A model generated the notes under the pieces. That model was not told the DNA's origin. It ran no database searches and saw nothing but the letters and a program-made list of their open reading frames with translations. Below, piece by piece: positions 20,208-30,478 of a stretch of 64,000 nt of DNA (the stretch's first letter is position 1; each line of letters begins with the position of its first letter). The translations under genes were made by a program, and so were the position numbers. Source of the stretch: an uncultured Candidatus Rokubacteria bacterium (GTDB taxonomy: Bacteria; Methylomirabilota; Methylomirabilia; Rokubacteriales; DASRDR01); the NCBI GenBank assembly GCA_963708025.1, contig CAVPSB010000019.1:192001-256000 (forward strand), given 5' to 3'.

Positions 20208-21194
20208 ATGAAGTTCGGCCTCCGACTGCCGACGTTCGCGCTCGGCCCTCGCACCGCGACACTCGCCGAGATGGGCCGCTACCTCCGCCGGGCGGAGGCG
20301 CTCGGCTTCGAGGCCGCGGTCACCATCGATCACCTCCTGACCACCCCGCCGGCCTACGCGTGCACCTGGCTCGAGCCCATCGCGCTGCTCTCGGCGCTGG
20401 CCGGCGTCACCGAGCGGATCCGGCTGGGGACGATGGTCCTCGTCCTGCCGCTCCGGAACCCGGTCTACTTCGCCAAGGAGTGGGCGACCCTGGACGTGCT
20501 CTCCGGCGGCCGCTCGATCCTCGGCGTCGGCGTGGGCTGGGCCGACGACGAGTTCGCCCTCATGGGCGTGCCCCGGAACGAGCGGGGTCGCCGGATGGAG
20601 GAGGGGCTCGAGCTGGTCCAGGCCCTGTGGGCGGGGGACGACGTCACCTACCAGGGGCGCATCTACCGGGTGCGGAACCTGACCATCGACCCGAAGCCCG
20701 TCCAGAAACCCCACCCGCCCATCTGGATCGGCGGCGGCAGCCAGCCCTTCGAGGTGGTCTACGGCCAGCCGACTCCCGACGTCACGCCCGTCCTCCGGCG
20801 GGTGGCCCGCTACGCGGACGCCTGGGTTCCGCACTCCTCCGCGACGCCGGAGATGGTGGAGCGAGACTGGGCCGTGATCGAGCGGGCGGCGCCGGAGTTC
20901 GGGCGGAAGGCGGCCGACATCCGGGTGGTCTACTCGAACTTCGTCCACCTGCTGCGGCCCGGCGAGCGGCCCGAGAGCGCCGTGCCGCGGCTCAAGACGT
21001 TCTCGGGGATGGACCTCGCCTACTGGCGCGAGCACTACCTCCTCGGCGAAGCCGGTGAGGTCGTCGAGCGGATCAACCGGCGCATCGCTGCCGTCGGCGG
21101 CCGGATGGACTGGGTGGTGCTCAACCCGGTCGACTGGGATCTCGAGCAGCTCGAGCGCCTGGCCGCCGAGGTCCTGCCCCGGGTCGCGGCCTGA
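20208..21194 (+). CDS. LLM-class flavin-dependent oxidoreductase
   Basis: IDH, TERIRLGT, LRNPV, TLDVLSGGR, PKPVQKPHPPIWIGG. Confidence 0.9.
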   Translation: MKFGLRLPTFALGPRTATLAEMGRYLRRAEALGFEAAVTIDHLLTTPPAYACTWLEPIALLSALAGVTERIRLGTMVLVLPLRNPVYFAKEWATLDVLSGGRSILGVGVGWADDEFALMGVPRNERGRRMEEGLELVQALWAGDDVTYQGRIYRVRNLTIDPKPVQKPHPPIWIGGGSQPFEVVYGQPTPDVTPVLRRVARYADAWVPHSSATPEMVERDWAVIERAAPEFGRKAADIRVVYSNFVHLLRPGERPESAVPRLKTFSGMDLAYWREHYLLGEAGEVVERINRRIAAVGGRMDWVVLNPVDWDLEQLERLAAEVLPRVAA

Positions 21195-21223
21195 CCCGCC
21201 CCCCGTCGGTCCTCGCCTGGACC

Positions 21224-21850
21224 CTACTTGAAGAACGCGCTGAACCCGATGGTGAAGACTGCCGAGTTCAGGCCGGGGTTCAGGTTGCAGACCGAGCCGT
21301 TCGAGAGGTGGTGGAAGCGGGTGCCCAGGTTCACCGCATAGTTGTCCGACCAGAAGAGCAGGACGCCGCCGCCGCCCTGCAGGATGAAGGTCGGATTGCA
21401 GACCGTCTGGGGGACGCCCGACTCGCCGACGATCATGCCGGCTCCCACCTCGAGGTACCAGCGCACCCGGCTCTCTCCGGCAAAGACCCAGCGGCCCAGC
21501 GCCGACAGGCCGACGTGATTGTCGGACTCCTTCGCGTCGAGGTGAATGAAGGTCGGCTCCGCCAGCAGCTCGAGGCTGCCGCGCAGCCACTTGGGTCCGT
21601 GCTCGTCCGTCACGAACAGACCGACGTGCGGCAGCAGCTGGAAGCCGCTGATTCCCCCCCGGCTGCCGGAGACGGCGAAGGCTTCGGAGTGGCCGCCGGC
21701 GAGCGTGAACTCGGCGGTGCCCGCGGTCAGTCGCGGCTCGGCGCCGACCGGCGCGGCGACGGCGAGCAGGAGGACGGCGAGCAGCGCGCGCCCGACGCGG
21801 CCTCGGTTGCTTGACCCGGTCAGACCGGTCCCGTATAGTGAAGGCGCCAT
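21224..21850 (-). CDS. Acyloxyacyl hydrolase / PagL-like outer-membrane beta-barrel (start uncertain)
   Basis: Signal-like RALLAVLLLAVAAPVGA, amphipathic strands, FHHLSNG..NPGLNS motif, aromatic C-terminus. Confidence 0.75.
   Translation of the reverse strand: MAPSLYGTGLTGSSNRGRVGRALLAVLLLAVAAPVGAEPRLTAGTAEFTLAGGHSEAFAVSGSRGGISGFQLLPHVGLFVTDEHGPKWLRGSLELLAEPTFIHLDAKESDNHVGLSALGRWVFAGESRVRWYLEVGAGMIVGESGVPQTVCNPTFILQGGGGVLLFWSDNYAVNLGTRFHHLSNGSVCNLNPGLNSAVFTIGFSAFFK
21811..21839 (+). promoter_or_regulatory. sigma70 promoter for mrp
   Basis: TTGACC-N17-TATAGT ending 9 nt before ATG 21849; spacer contains GACCCGGTC and GACCGGTC palindromes. Confidence 0.6.
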
Positions 21851-22973
21851 GGGTCTTTTCGGCGGCCGATCTTCGAGCGGCGTGACGGAAGACGCGATCC
21901 TGAAAGCGCTCCGGACCGTGCGGGATCCCGAGAGCGGGCAGGACATCGTGAGCCTGGGGCTGGTGCAGGGCCTGGCCATCGAGGGAGGCCGGGTCGGGTT
22001 CACCCTCGAGTTCACCACCCAGCCGGCGCTGGCGAAGGTGGAGATCCACAGCCAGGCGCGCAAGATCGTCGCCGCCCTGCCGGGCGTGACCGAGGCGAAG
22101 GTTGCCATGGCGGCCTCCAAGCCCCGGTCAGGCGCCCAGCACGCCCACGGCCAGCACCCGGCGGCCGGCGGGGGCAAGGCGGAGCTCATCCCGGAGGTCA
22201 AGCACACGGTCGCGGTCTCTTCCGGGAAGGGTGGCGTCGGAAAGTCGACTGTCGCCGTCAACCTGGCCCTGGCGCTCCGGGAATCGGGCGCCACGGTGGG
22301 TCTCGTCGACGCCGACGTCTACGGGCCCAACATCCCGCTGATGATGGGCGCCCGCGGGCGGCCCGGGATGTTCAACGACCGCATGATCCCCGTGCAGGCG
22401 TACGACGTCAAGATCATGTCCATCGGGTTCTTCGTGAAGGAGGGCGATCCGGTGGTCTGGCGGGGGCCGATGATCCACACGGCCATCCAGCAGTTCCTCA
22501 AGGACGTCGAGTGGGGCGAGCTGGATTACCTGATCTTCGACATGCCGCCGGGCACGGGTGACGCCCAGCTCTCGCTCTCCCAGGTCATCCCGCTCTCCGG
22601 GGCGGTGATGGTCACGACGCCCCAGGACGTGTCGCTGCTCGACGTCCGGAAGGGCCTGGCCATGTTCCGGAAGATGAACGTGCCCCTGCTCGGCGTCGTG
22701 GAGAACATGGCGGGGTTCGAGTGTCCTCACTGCCGGCACACCACGCCGATCTTCGGGGAAGGCGGTGGCCAGACGCTGGCCGACGAGTTCGGGATTCCGG
22801 TCCTCGGCTCGATTCCCATCGACCTCGAGACGCGGGTGGGCGGAGACACCGGCGCGCCGATCGTCGTCGCCCGGCCCCGGTCGGCGCAGGCCGACGCCTT
22901 CCGGCGGATGGCGAAGGCCGTCGCCGAGCGCGTGTCGAGCCTGTCGGTCCTCAAGCTGCCCACCATCTCGTAG
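21849..22973 (+). CDS. mrp: Mrp/NBP35 (ApbC) Fe-S cluster carrier ATPase
   Basis: N-terminal VRDPE domain, SSGKGGVGKST, DADVYGP, WRGPM, DMPPGTGD, VENM, CPHC. Confidence 0.95.
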   Translation: MGLFGGRSSSGVTEDAILKALRTVRDPESGQDIVSLGLVQGLAIEGGRVGFTLEFTTQPALAKVEIHSQARKIVAALPGVTEAKVAMAASKPRSGAQHAHGQHPAAGGGKAELIPEVKHTVAVSSGKGGVGKSTVAVNLALALRESGATVGLVDADVYGPNIPLMMGARGRPGMFNDRMIPVQAYDVKIMSIGFFVKEGDPVVWRGPMIHTAIQQFLKDVEWGELDYLIFDMPPGTGDAQLSLSQVIPLSGAVMVTTPQDVSLLDVRKGLAMFRKMNVPLLGVVENMAGFECPHCRHTTPIFGEGGGQTLADEFGIPVLGSIPIDLETRVGGDTGAPIVVARPRSAQADAFRRMAKAVAERVSSLSVLKLPTIS

Positions 22974-22978
22974 GCTGC

Positions 22979-23654
22979 GTGGCCGAGATCCTCGAGATCC
23001 CGGTCTTCCCCCTCCCGGAGGTCGTCTTCTTCCCGGAGACGGTCCTGCCGCTGCACGTCTTCGAGCCCCGATACCGGGCCATGGTCGCCGACTGCCTCGC
23101 CGGCGACCGGCGCCTGGCGGTGGCGATGCTCCGCCCCGGCTGGGAGCGCGACTATTACGGCCGGCCGCCGCTCCACGCCGTGGCGGGGGTCGGGGAGATC
23201 ATGCAAGCGGAGAAGCTGGCCGACGGCCGGTACAACGTCCTCCTCGACGGGCTCTGCGCGCGTGCGCATCGAGGAGGAGCTCGGGACGGATCGACCGTAT
23301 CGCGTCGTGCGGGCTCGCTCGCTCGGCGACGTGGTCCGGGACGCGGACCGGGCGACCTTCCCCGAGCGGATGCGGACGCTCCGTGCTTCGTACGCGAAGC
23401 TGCTCGACACCCTGGGCCAGTCCCACGCGGACCTCGTCGCCCGGCTGACCGTGGCCGGGGCGCGCCCGGGCGCCGTCATCGACCGGATCGTGTCGGCGGT
23501 GGTGCCCGACGCCGCGGTGCGGCAGCGGATCCTGGAGGCCGTGGACGTGAGCGATCGGCTGGACCTGGCCTCGGCGGCCCTGCTCGACCTCCTCACCCTC
23601 GTCGCCGGCTCGGAAGGGGAGGAGGAAGAGGAAGACGCGGGTGGCGGTGCCTGA
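22979..23654 (+). CDS. Lon peptidase substrate-binding (N-terminal) domain protein; frameshift near 23257
   Basis: IPVFPLPEVVFFPETVLPLHVFEPRYRAMV, LADGRYNVLL, RPYRV. Confidence 0.88.
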
Positions 23655-23687
23655 CGCCGGAGTCGGCGGCACCGGCCGCCTGTCACC

Positions 23688-24386
23688 ATGCGCCGCGGGC
23701 TGATCGCCGCCCTGCTGCTCGTGACCGCCGCCGCCCCGGCGCTGGCCGCGGAGGGGTATGGCTGGCTCGGCGTCCGCATCCGCGACCTGTCGGAGAGCGA
23801 GGCGGAGGACCTCTCCGTCAAGCTCGGGATCCGGGAAGGGTACGGCGTGGTGATCGCCGAGATCCTCAAGGACACGCCGGCCGAGACGTCCGGGCTGAGG
23901 GCCGGAGACCTCATCGTCGCCATCGACGGCCGGCCGGTGGTGGAGACCCGGGTGCTGCAGCGGCTGGTCGGCGCCACGCCGGCGGGTCAGGAGCTGAGGC
24001 TGGTCGTCCTGCGCGAGGGACGGCGGCGCGAGCTGCGGATCCGGGTGGGCGCGATGCCGGCCGACGCGGTGGCCGAGCGGGTGGCGGCGGAGTTCGGCTT
24101 CCTGGTGCGGGACACGGCGCCCGACGAGACGGCCGCGTCGGCGACGGCGATCCGGCTCGCCGTCGTCGCCGCCGTGCTCGAGCGAAGCGCGGCCGAGCGC
24201 GGAGGCCTCAAGGCCGGCGACCGGCTGCTGGCAGTCAACGGCGTGGCGACCAGCTCCGTCGAGGCGGTTCGCCAGCGGCTGCGGGAGGTCGAGCTGCGCA
24301 GCGAGCTCCGGCTCCGCGTGGAGCGGCGCGGGGAGCCGCTCGACCTCGCGCTTCCCCCCGTCCAGCCCTCTCTCCCGTCTCAGTAG
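23688..24386 (+). CDS. Exported tandem-PDZ-domain protein without a protease domain
   Basis: Signal peptide, GWLGV, PAETSGLRAGDLI, AAERGGLKAGDRLLAVNG. Confidence 0.85.
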   Translation: MRRGLIAALLLVTAAAPALAAEGYGWLGVRIRDLSESEAEDLSVKLGIREGYGVVIAEILKDTPAETSGLRAGDLIVAIDGRPVVETRVLQRLVGATPAGQELRLVVLREGRRRELRIRVGAMPADAVAERVAAEFGFLVRDTAPDETAASATAIRLAVVAAVLERSAAERGGLKAGDRLLAVNGVATSSVEAVRQRLREVELRSELRLRVERRGEPLDLALPPVQPSLPSQ

Positions 24387-24412
24387 GTTCTCCACCGGTC
24401 GCGCCGAGGGCC

Positions 24413-24441
24413 TCGGGGGCGGCCTTCCGAGACCCCCGAAG
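24413..24441 (+). repeat. Hairpin between convergent genes (family C 3' hairpin type; possible terminator)
   Basis: TCGGGGGCGGCCTTCCGAGACCCCCGAAG. Confidence 0.5.
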
Positions 24442-24445
24442 GGGG

Positions 24446-25793
24446 TCAGTCCGCCTCGACCCGGGCCACGAGCCAGCGCGCGGTCCGCAGCAGGCGGGCA
24501 TCGCCGTGCCGCGGGCCCGACCAGCTGGACGCCCAGCGGGAGACCGTTGGCGCCCTGCATGAGCGGCACGCTGAGCGCCGGCATGCCGCACAGGGTCCAC
24601 AGGGTGCAGAAGGCCGGGTCCCCGGTCGAGGCGAGGCCCCGCGGGCGCGGTGCCGGCGGCGGCGGGAGTCAGGATGGCGTCATAGCGCTGCGCGAACAGC
24701 TCGGCGAAGCTCTCGTCGAGCTGGGGTATGCGGGCCAGCGCGCCGCAGGTAGTCGAGCGCGCGCACCTCCCGGCCGCGCTCGAGCCGGGCGCGCAGCGAC
24801 GCGGACAGGCGGGCGCGCCCGGTGGTCCCACTCCCGGGCGAGGTTCGCGGCCATCTCCGCTTCCATGACGAGCCGGTGCCACGCGGCCGCCTCCTCGGCC
24901 GCCGCGGACAGCTCCAGCTCCTCCACGCGATCGCCGAGGAGATCGGTCAGCTCGCGCGAACGCCTCCCGGGCGTCCGGGTCGACCCGGTCCCAGCGCGCC
25001 GTCTTCACGAACGCGAACATCGGCGCCAGCGGCGGCTCCTCGGCCGCCACCTGCCGGTAGCGGGATGCGCGCGCGCGGCCGCGAGTCGGGGTCGCGCTCG
25101 TCGTAGCCCACGAGCTGCTCCAGCGAGGAGCGCCAGGTCCTCGACGGTGCGCGCGAACAGCCCGACGTGGTCGAGCGTGCGGGAGAGCTGGAACATTCCG
25201 GGGCGCGGGATCAGCCCGTGCGTCGGCTTGAGGCCGTAGACGCCGCAGAACGACGCCGGCCGGATGGTCGAGCCGCCGGTCTGGCTGCCGAGCGCGAGCG
25301 GCACCATGCCGGCGGCGACCGCGGCCGCCGAGCCGCTCGACGAGCCGCCGGGGGTGTGCGCGGGGTTGTGCGGGTTGCGCGTCTTGCCGGGCGCGCGGCT
25401 GGCGAACTCGGTGGTCACGGTCTTGCCCATGATCACCGCGCCCGCCGCCCGCAGCATCGCGACCACGGCGGCGTCGCGGGAGGGCGTGCGGCCGGCGTGC
25501 AGCACGGAGCCGTTCTCGGTCGGCATGTCGGCGGTGTCGATGATGTCCTTGATGCCCACCGGCACGCCGTGCAGCGGCCCGATCGGCTGCCCGGAGAGCC
25601 GCCGCTCGTCGGCGGCGCGCGCCTGGGCCAGCGCGTGATCGGGATCGAGGAACGCCCAGGCCTGCACCTGAGCGTCCGTCTCGCGCACCCGCGCCAGGCA
25701 GGCCTCGACCAGCTGCGCCGAGCCGATGACGCCGTCGCGGATGAGGCGCGCCGCGTCCGACGCCGAGAGCGCGTGGAGGTTGGTCAGGTCCAT
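24446..25793 (-). CDS. Amidase (amidase signature family); multiple frameshifts
   Basis: GPLHGVPVGIKD, TPGGSSSGSAAAVA, GSQTGGSTIRPASFCG, GLPLGVQLVG. Confidence 0.9.
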
Positions 25794-25821
25794 CGGGCGG
25801 CGCGCCGGCACGACCGGCGCC

Positions 25822-27880
25822 TCACTTGCCGTACAGGAACTCCGGCAGCCAGAGCGTCATGCCCGGCCAGATGTACATGAACACGAGGCAGATGCAGACG
25901 ATGATCATGTACGGCATCATGCCCGCGAAGATCTGGTTGAGGGTCACGTGCTTCGGCGCCACGCCCTTGAGGTAGAACGCCGACATCGCCACCGGCGGCG
26001 ACAGGAAGGCGGCCTGGAGGTTCACCGCGACCATGGTGCCGAACAGGATCGGGTCGACCTGGAAGTGGCTCAGCAGCGGGATGAAGATCGGGCAGAAGAT
26101 GACGATGATCTCGGTCCACTCCAGCGGCCAGCCGAGCAGGAAGATGATGAGCTGGGCCATGAACATGAAGCCCAGCGGCGACAGGTTCATGCTCAGCACC
26201 CAGCGCTCGATCAGCCCCTGGCCGCCGTGCAGCGCGAACACGGCGGAGAACAGCGCCGAGCCGACGAAGAGCCAGCACACCATCGCGGTCGTCTTGGCGG
26301 TGAGGAAGGTCGCTTGCTTCATGTTCTGCCGGAGCTCCGGTGAGGTCCGCAGGTACCAGAGGCCGGGCACGACGGTGCCCACGAGCGTCCCGCCGATCGA
26401 GCCCGCCACGAGCAGCGACGCGAAGTCTCTCGCCCTCGTACCATCCGAGCGCGATGCCGATGATCGACGCCGACCAGGCTCCACCACAAGACCGGACCGC
26501 AGATAGCGGCGCCATCACGGCCAGGTACATCGCGCCCAGGGCGCCGATCGCCGCCGACTCGGTGGCGGTGCAGATGCCGAACAGGATCACCGCGAGCACG
26601 ACGACGGTGAGCACGCCGAGCGGCACCACCGACGCGCACAGCTCCTTCAGGATCTCGAGCTGCTCGCCGTCCATGCGCCAGAAGTAGATCAGGAGCAGCA
26701 GACCCGGAGAACGCCGCCAACCCCCAGAACCACGCGTAGAAGTGCGCGGGGATCTTCCCGCGTCGCCGACGTCGCCGTGGGCTCCCTGAGCGACGTCATC
26801 TCCTCGGGCGGCCCCTCGGCCTTCGTCGTCCTGGCCGCCTCGGCCGGACTGCCGGCCGCCGCCCAGCTCCTGCGGCTTTTCCTCCTCGGTCGCCGCCCCC
26901 AGCTCCTGCGGCTTCTCTTCCTTGGCGGCGGCCGGCGCGGCGGGCCCCGTCGTGCCGGCCGCCGGGGCGGGCGTCGCCACCGGCGCGGTCGCCGCCGCGG
27001 CCGGCGCGTTGTAGATGACGACGTACCACCACGTCGCGGCGAACGTGCCGACGCGTCAGCACGATCGGCACCGACAGGACGAGCAGGTTCTTGGCGATCG
27101 CCGTAGCCGACACGCCGCGCCGAGCCCCGGCCGGAACGCGGCCGCGATGAGGCCAGGGACGACGCTTCGGGACCGCCCGCGCTCGAGGCGGCCGAGCCAC
27201 TCCGGCACGGCGACGCGGTACTGGTCGGGCGGCAGCTTGGGCGCGATCTTCGGATTGATGATCGCCCAGCCGAGGATGTAGACGAGGTAGAGGAACGTGA
27301 GGAAGAAGCCCGGCAGCATCGCCGCCGCGTAGAGCTTGACGATGGACTGGCCGGCCACCGCCGCGTAGACGATCAGCATCACCGACGGCGGGATCAGGAT
27401 GCCGAGCGTGCCGCCGGCGGTGATCGCCCCGGAGGCCAGCTTCACGTCGTAGCCCGCGTTCAGCATCGGCCGCATCGCGATCACGCCCATCAGCACGACC
27501 ACGGCGCCCACGATGCCGGACGCGATCCCCCAGAACGCGCAGACCAGGAGCGTGGTCACCGCCAGCGAGGCGGGGACGCGGCGGAACGCGAGCTGGACGC
27601 TGTGGAACATCCGGTCCACCAGCGCCGCCCGCTCCATGATGTAGCCCATGAAGACGAACAGCGGGACCGACAGCAGGGTGTCGTTGGTCATGACCCCGTA
27701 CGTCCGCTGCACGATCAGATCGAAGACGCGGTTCTGGTACCAGTGCCCGGCCGGGTTCCAGAACGCGATGTAGCCGAAGACCATCCCGAGGCCCATCAGC
27801 GTGAACGCGGTCGGGAAGCCCATCATGATCGCGACCACGATGAGCCCCAGCATGGTGAGGCCGAGGGAGGGATCGCTCAC
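25822..27880 (-). CDS. TRAP transporter large permease (DctM) with an internal hydrophilic insertion; multiple frameshifts
   Basis: GFPTAFTL, LSVPLFVFMG, GGTLGILIPPSVMLIVY, TATESAAIG, LEWTEI, NLQAAFLSPP. Confidence 0.85.
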
Positions 27881-28547
27881 GGGTTCTTGTGCTCGACCGC
27901 GCTGCGGTGCGCGGGCGGCCTCGTCGATGGCGTGGGCGCCCTCCATGGCGATCCGTCGCGACTCCTCGTCCACGTACTCGCTGTGCGCGAGCTGCGTATC
28001 GATGACGTCGATCTCCTCGACGTCCTCGAGCCGCGCGGGCCAGGCGCCGGTCCGCAGGCACTCGATGCAGCGGACGATCTCGGCCAGCCCCTGCAGCATC
28101 ACCAGCACGCCGGCCAGCGGGATCACCGTCTTGAAGTGGTAGACGGGCGGCCCCTCGGCGGTCACCGTCGAGTGCTCCCCGATGCGCCAGGAGAGGGCGG
28201 CGTAGTCGTACCCCGCGTAGATCAGCCCGAGGATGCCTGGGACGAAGAACAGGAGGTACAGCGCCAGGTCCAGCGCCGCCTGCTGCGCGCGGACGCAGGT
28301 AGATGTACACGAAGTCGGCGCGTACGTGCCCGGCCGCCGCCAGCGTGTAGGCCCCGCACATCATGAACAGCGTGCCGTACAGCATGTTGTTGAAGTCGAA
28401 GATCCAGGCCGTCGGCGCGTTGAGGATGTACCGCTTGAAGACCTCGATGGAGACCACGAACGTCAGGGCGACGATCAGCCACGCGAAGGCCTTGCCCGAC
28501 CAGTAGCTGATCTGGTCGATGGTCCGGATCAGACGCAGGGCGCTCAT
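27877..28547 (-). CDS. TRAP transporter small permease (DctQ); frameshifted
   Basis: IDQISYWSGK, RYILNAPTAW, GHVRADF, PPVYHFKTVIP. Confidence 0.85.
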
Positions 28548-28719
28548 CACGGCCGGGAAGAGACCAGCCACCCGGCGAGCGCCGGATGGCTGGTGCGATG
28601 GTTGGCCGGGGTCACGGAACGACTGGAAGCGTCAAAGCGGTTGGGGGCGGGGCCGAGGAGCGCAGCGCCAGCACGCGGACGAGCCGGATGACCGTTGCTA
28701 CGCTCATCGGCACCGCCGG

Positions 28720-29851
28720 TTAGCCCTTCTTGCCGAAGTAGTGGTTGTAGGCCATGCGCCGGCTGACGTTGGTGTCTAGGTCCCACTTCACCGCGCGCTC
28801 GGCGAACTTGTGCTGCGAGTCGGCGATCTCCTTGAACATCGGGTTGTCGGCCGACTTCTTCGCCGCGACCTCGTCGTAGATCTCGAGCTGCTTCTGGAGG
28901 ACCGAGTCCGGGGTCTTGTAGAACCGGACCTTGTCCTTGGTCTGCAGCTCGATGTAGTCCTTCGAGTAGCGGTCGATCGCCTTCCACGACATGTCGGCCG
29001 AGCCGCCTCCACGGCGTTCTCGATGATCGCCTTCATCTTGTCCGGCAGCGCGTCGAACTTGGTCTTGTTGAAGCGTGATCTCGAACTGCTCGGCGTTCTG
29101 GTGGTAGCTCTGCAGCATGCAGACCTTGGAGACGTCGGCGAAGCCGAGGATCCGGTCGGAGGTCGCGTTGTTGAACTCGGCGGCGTCGAGGAGCCCCCGG
29201 TCCATCGCCGGCACGATCTCGCCGCCGGGCAGCGCGTTCACCGCCGCCCCCAGGCCCGTGAACACGTCGATCGAGATGCCGACGGTGCGGAACTTGAGGC
29301 CCTTGAAGTCGTCGGCCTTGGTGATCGGCTTCTTGAACCAGCCGAGCGGCTGGGTCGGCATCGGGCCGTAGGGGAAGGACACGACGTTGGCGCCGATGGA
29401 GGCGTAGAGCTTGTTCAGCAGCTCCTTGCCGCCGCCGTACTTGTGCCAGGCGAGCAGCATGTTGGCGTCCATGCCGTAGGCCGGGCCCGAGCCCCACAGC
29501 GCGAGCGCGGTCTGCTTGCCGTAGTGGTACACGAGCACGCCGTGGCCGCCGTCGAGCGTGCCCTTCGACACCGCGTCGAGCAGGCCGAAGGCCGGCACCA
29601 CCGCGCCGGCCGGCAGCACCTCGATCTTGAGGTCGCCGCCGGTCATGTCGTTGACCTTCTTGGCGAAGTCGTTCGCGTACTCGTGGAAGATGTCCTTCGG
29701 CCGGCCAGGTGCTCTGCCAGCGCATCGAGATGGGTCCCTGGGCCTTGACCACCATCGGGAAGCCCAGCGCCGCCGCGCCCGTGGCCGCTGCCGCCGCGCT
29801 CCTCAGGAACCGGCGGCGCGACGTTTCGGTGACTGCGTGTGCATCGTTCAT
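28720..29851 (-). CDS. TRAP substrate-binding protein (TakP-like), Tat signal; frameshifts near 29700, 29070 and 29005
   Basis: SRRRFL Tat motif, MRWQSTWP, MTGGDLKIEVLPAGAVV, GWFKK, DAAEFN. Confidence 0.88.
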
Positions 29852-29954
29852 GTGCACCCCCTCCTGGTCGGTGACTTGAAGTGCCCCCGCCACAGCCGAT
29901 CGTGTAGCGCCGCTGCCCCCTGGCTCGGCGGCCGGACGGTCAGACCACGCCAAG

Positions 29955-29984
29955 ACCCTAGCGAGCGAGGGCCGACCTTGTCAA
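29955..29984 (-). promoter_or_regulatory. Putative sigma70 promoter for the TRAP operon
   Basis: Minus strand TTGACA-N18-TAGGGT. Confidence 0.35.
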
Positions 29985-30074
29985 GCCGTTTACTGACGAA
30001 ACGCCGGGACCCTGCCGTCCGTTCCTGGGCACAGGCCGCCGGGCCGGGAGGCCGGGACGTGGGCGGGCCCGGCT

Positions 30075-30311
30075 TCACACCGCCTGGGCGACCGCGACCC
30101 GGAACCCGTAACGCCAGAGCGGATCCTCGTCGGCGGCGCTCGCGCGACGGTCCCGCTGCCGGCGGTCGTCGGGCGGCTCCGGTTCTCGCCGCCGCCGCCG
30201 CTCGCCGTGGCGCCGGTCCATGACGACCGTCACCTCCGGCTCCTGGAAGTGGTCCTGGAGATAGCTGAAGAGAGCCGGCTCGTCGCGCTTGACGACGACG
30301 AGGAACGCCAT
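30075..30311 (-). CDS. Small hypothetical protein with a DRRxxERR motif
   Basis: GGAGGGG RBS; MAFLVVVKRDEPALFSYLQDHF..VVMDRRHGERR; coding-like codon usage. Confidence 0.7.
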   Translation of the reverse strand: MAFLVVVKRDEPALFSYLQDHFQEPEVTVVMDRRHGERRRRREPEPPDDRRQRDRRASAADEDPLWRYGFRVAVAQAV

Positions 30312-30478
30312 GTCCCCCTCCCGCCCGGGCGTCTGGGTTGCGCGGTGACCGCACTGTAGCAGGGGGGGCCGGGGGTCGCAAGGCCGAATCCGGGCCTTGA
30401 CCGCCTCGCCTGTCCGGTGTAATCAGGGGAAGGCGCCCTTTGCAGTCCCGGCCGGACTCCTGAAGAGGAGGAGGTCTC

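Noticed and set aside
27056-28165. DctQ-DctM fusion
   Set aside because: It lies in the error-dense block, and a GTGA stop/start overlap at 27877-27880 indicates separate genes.
30397-30423. TTGACC..TGTAAT promoter for the PfpI gene
   Set aside because: The spacer is only 15 bp, so it was not called.
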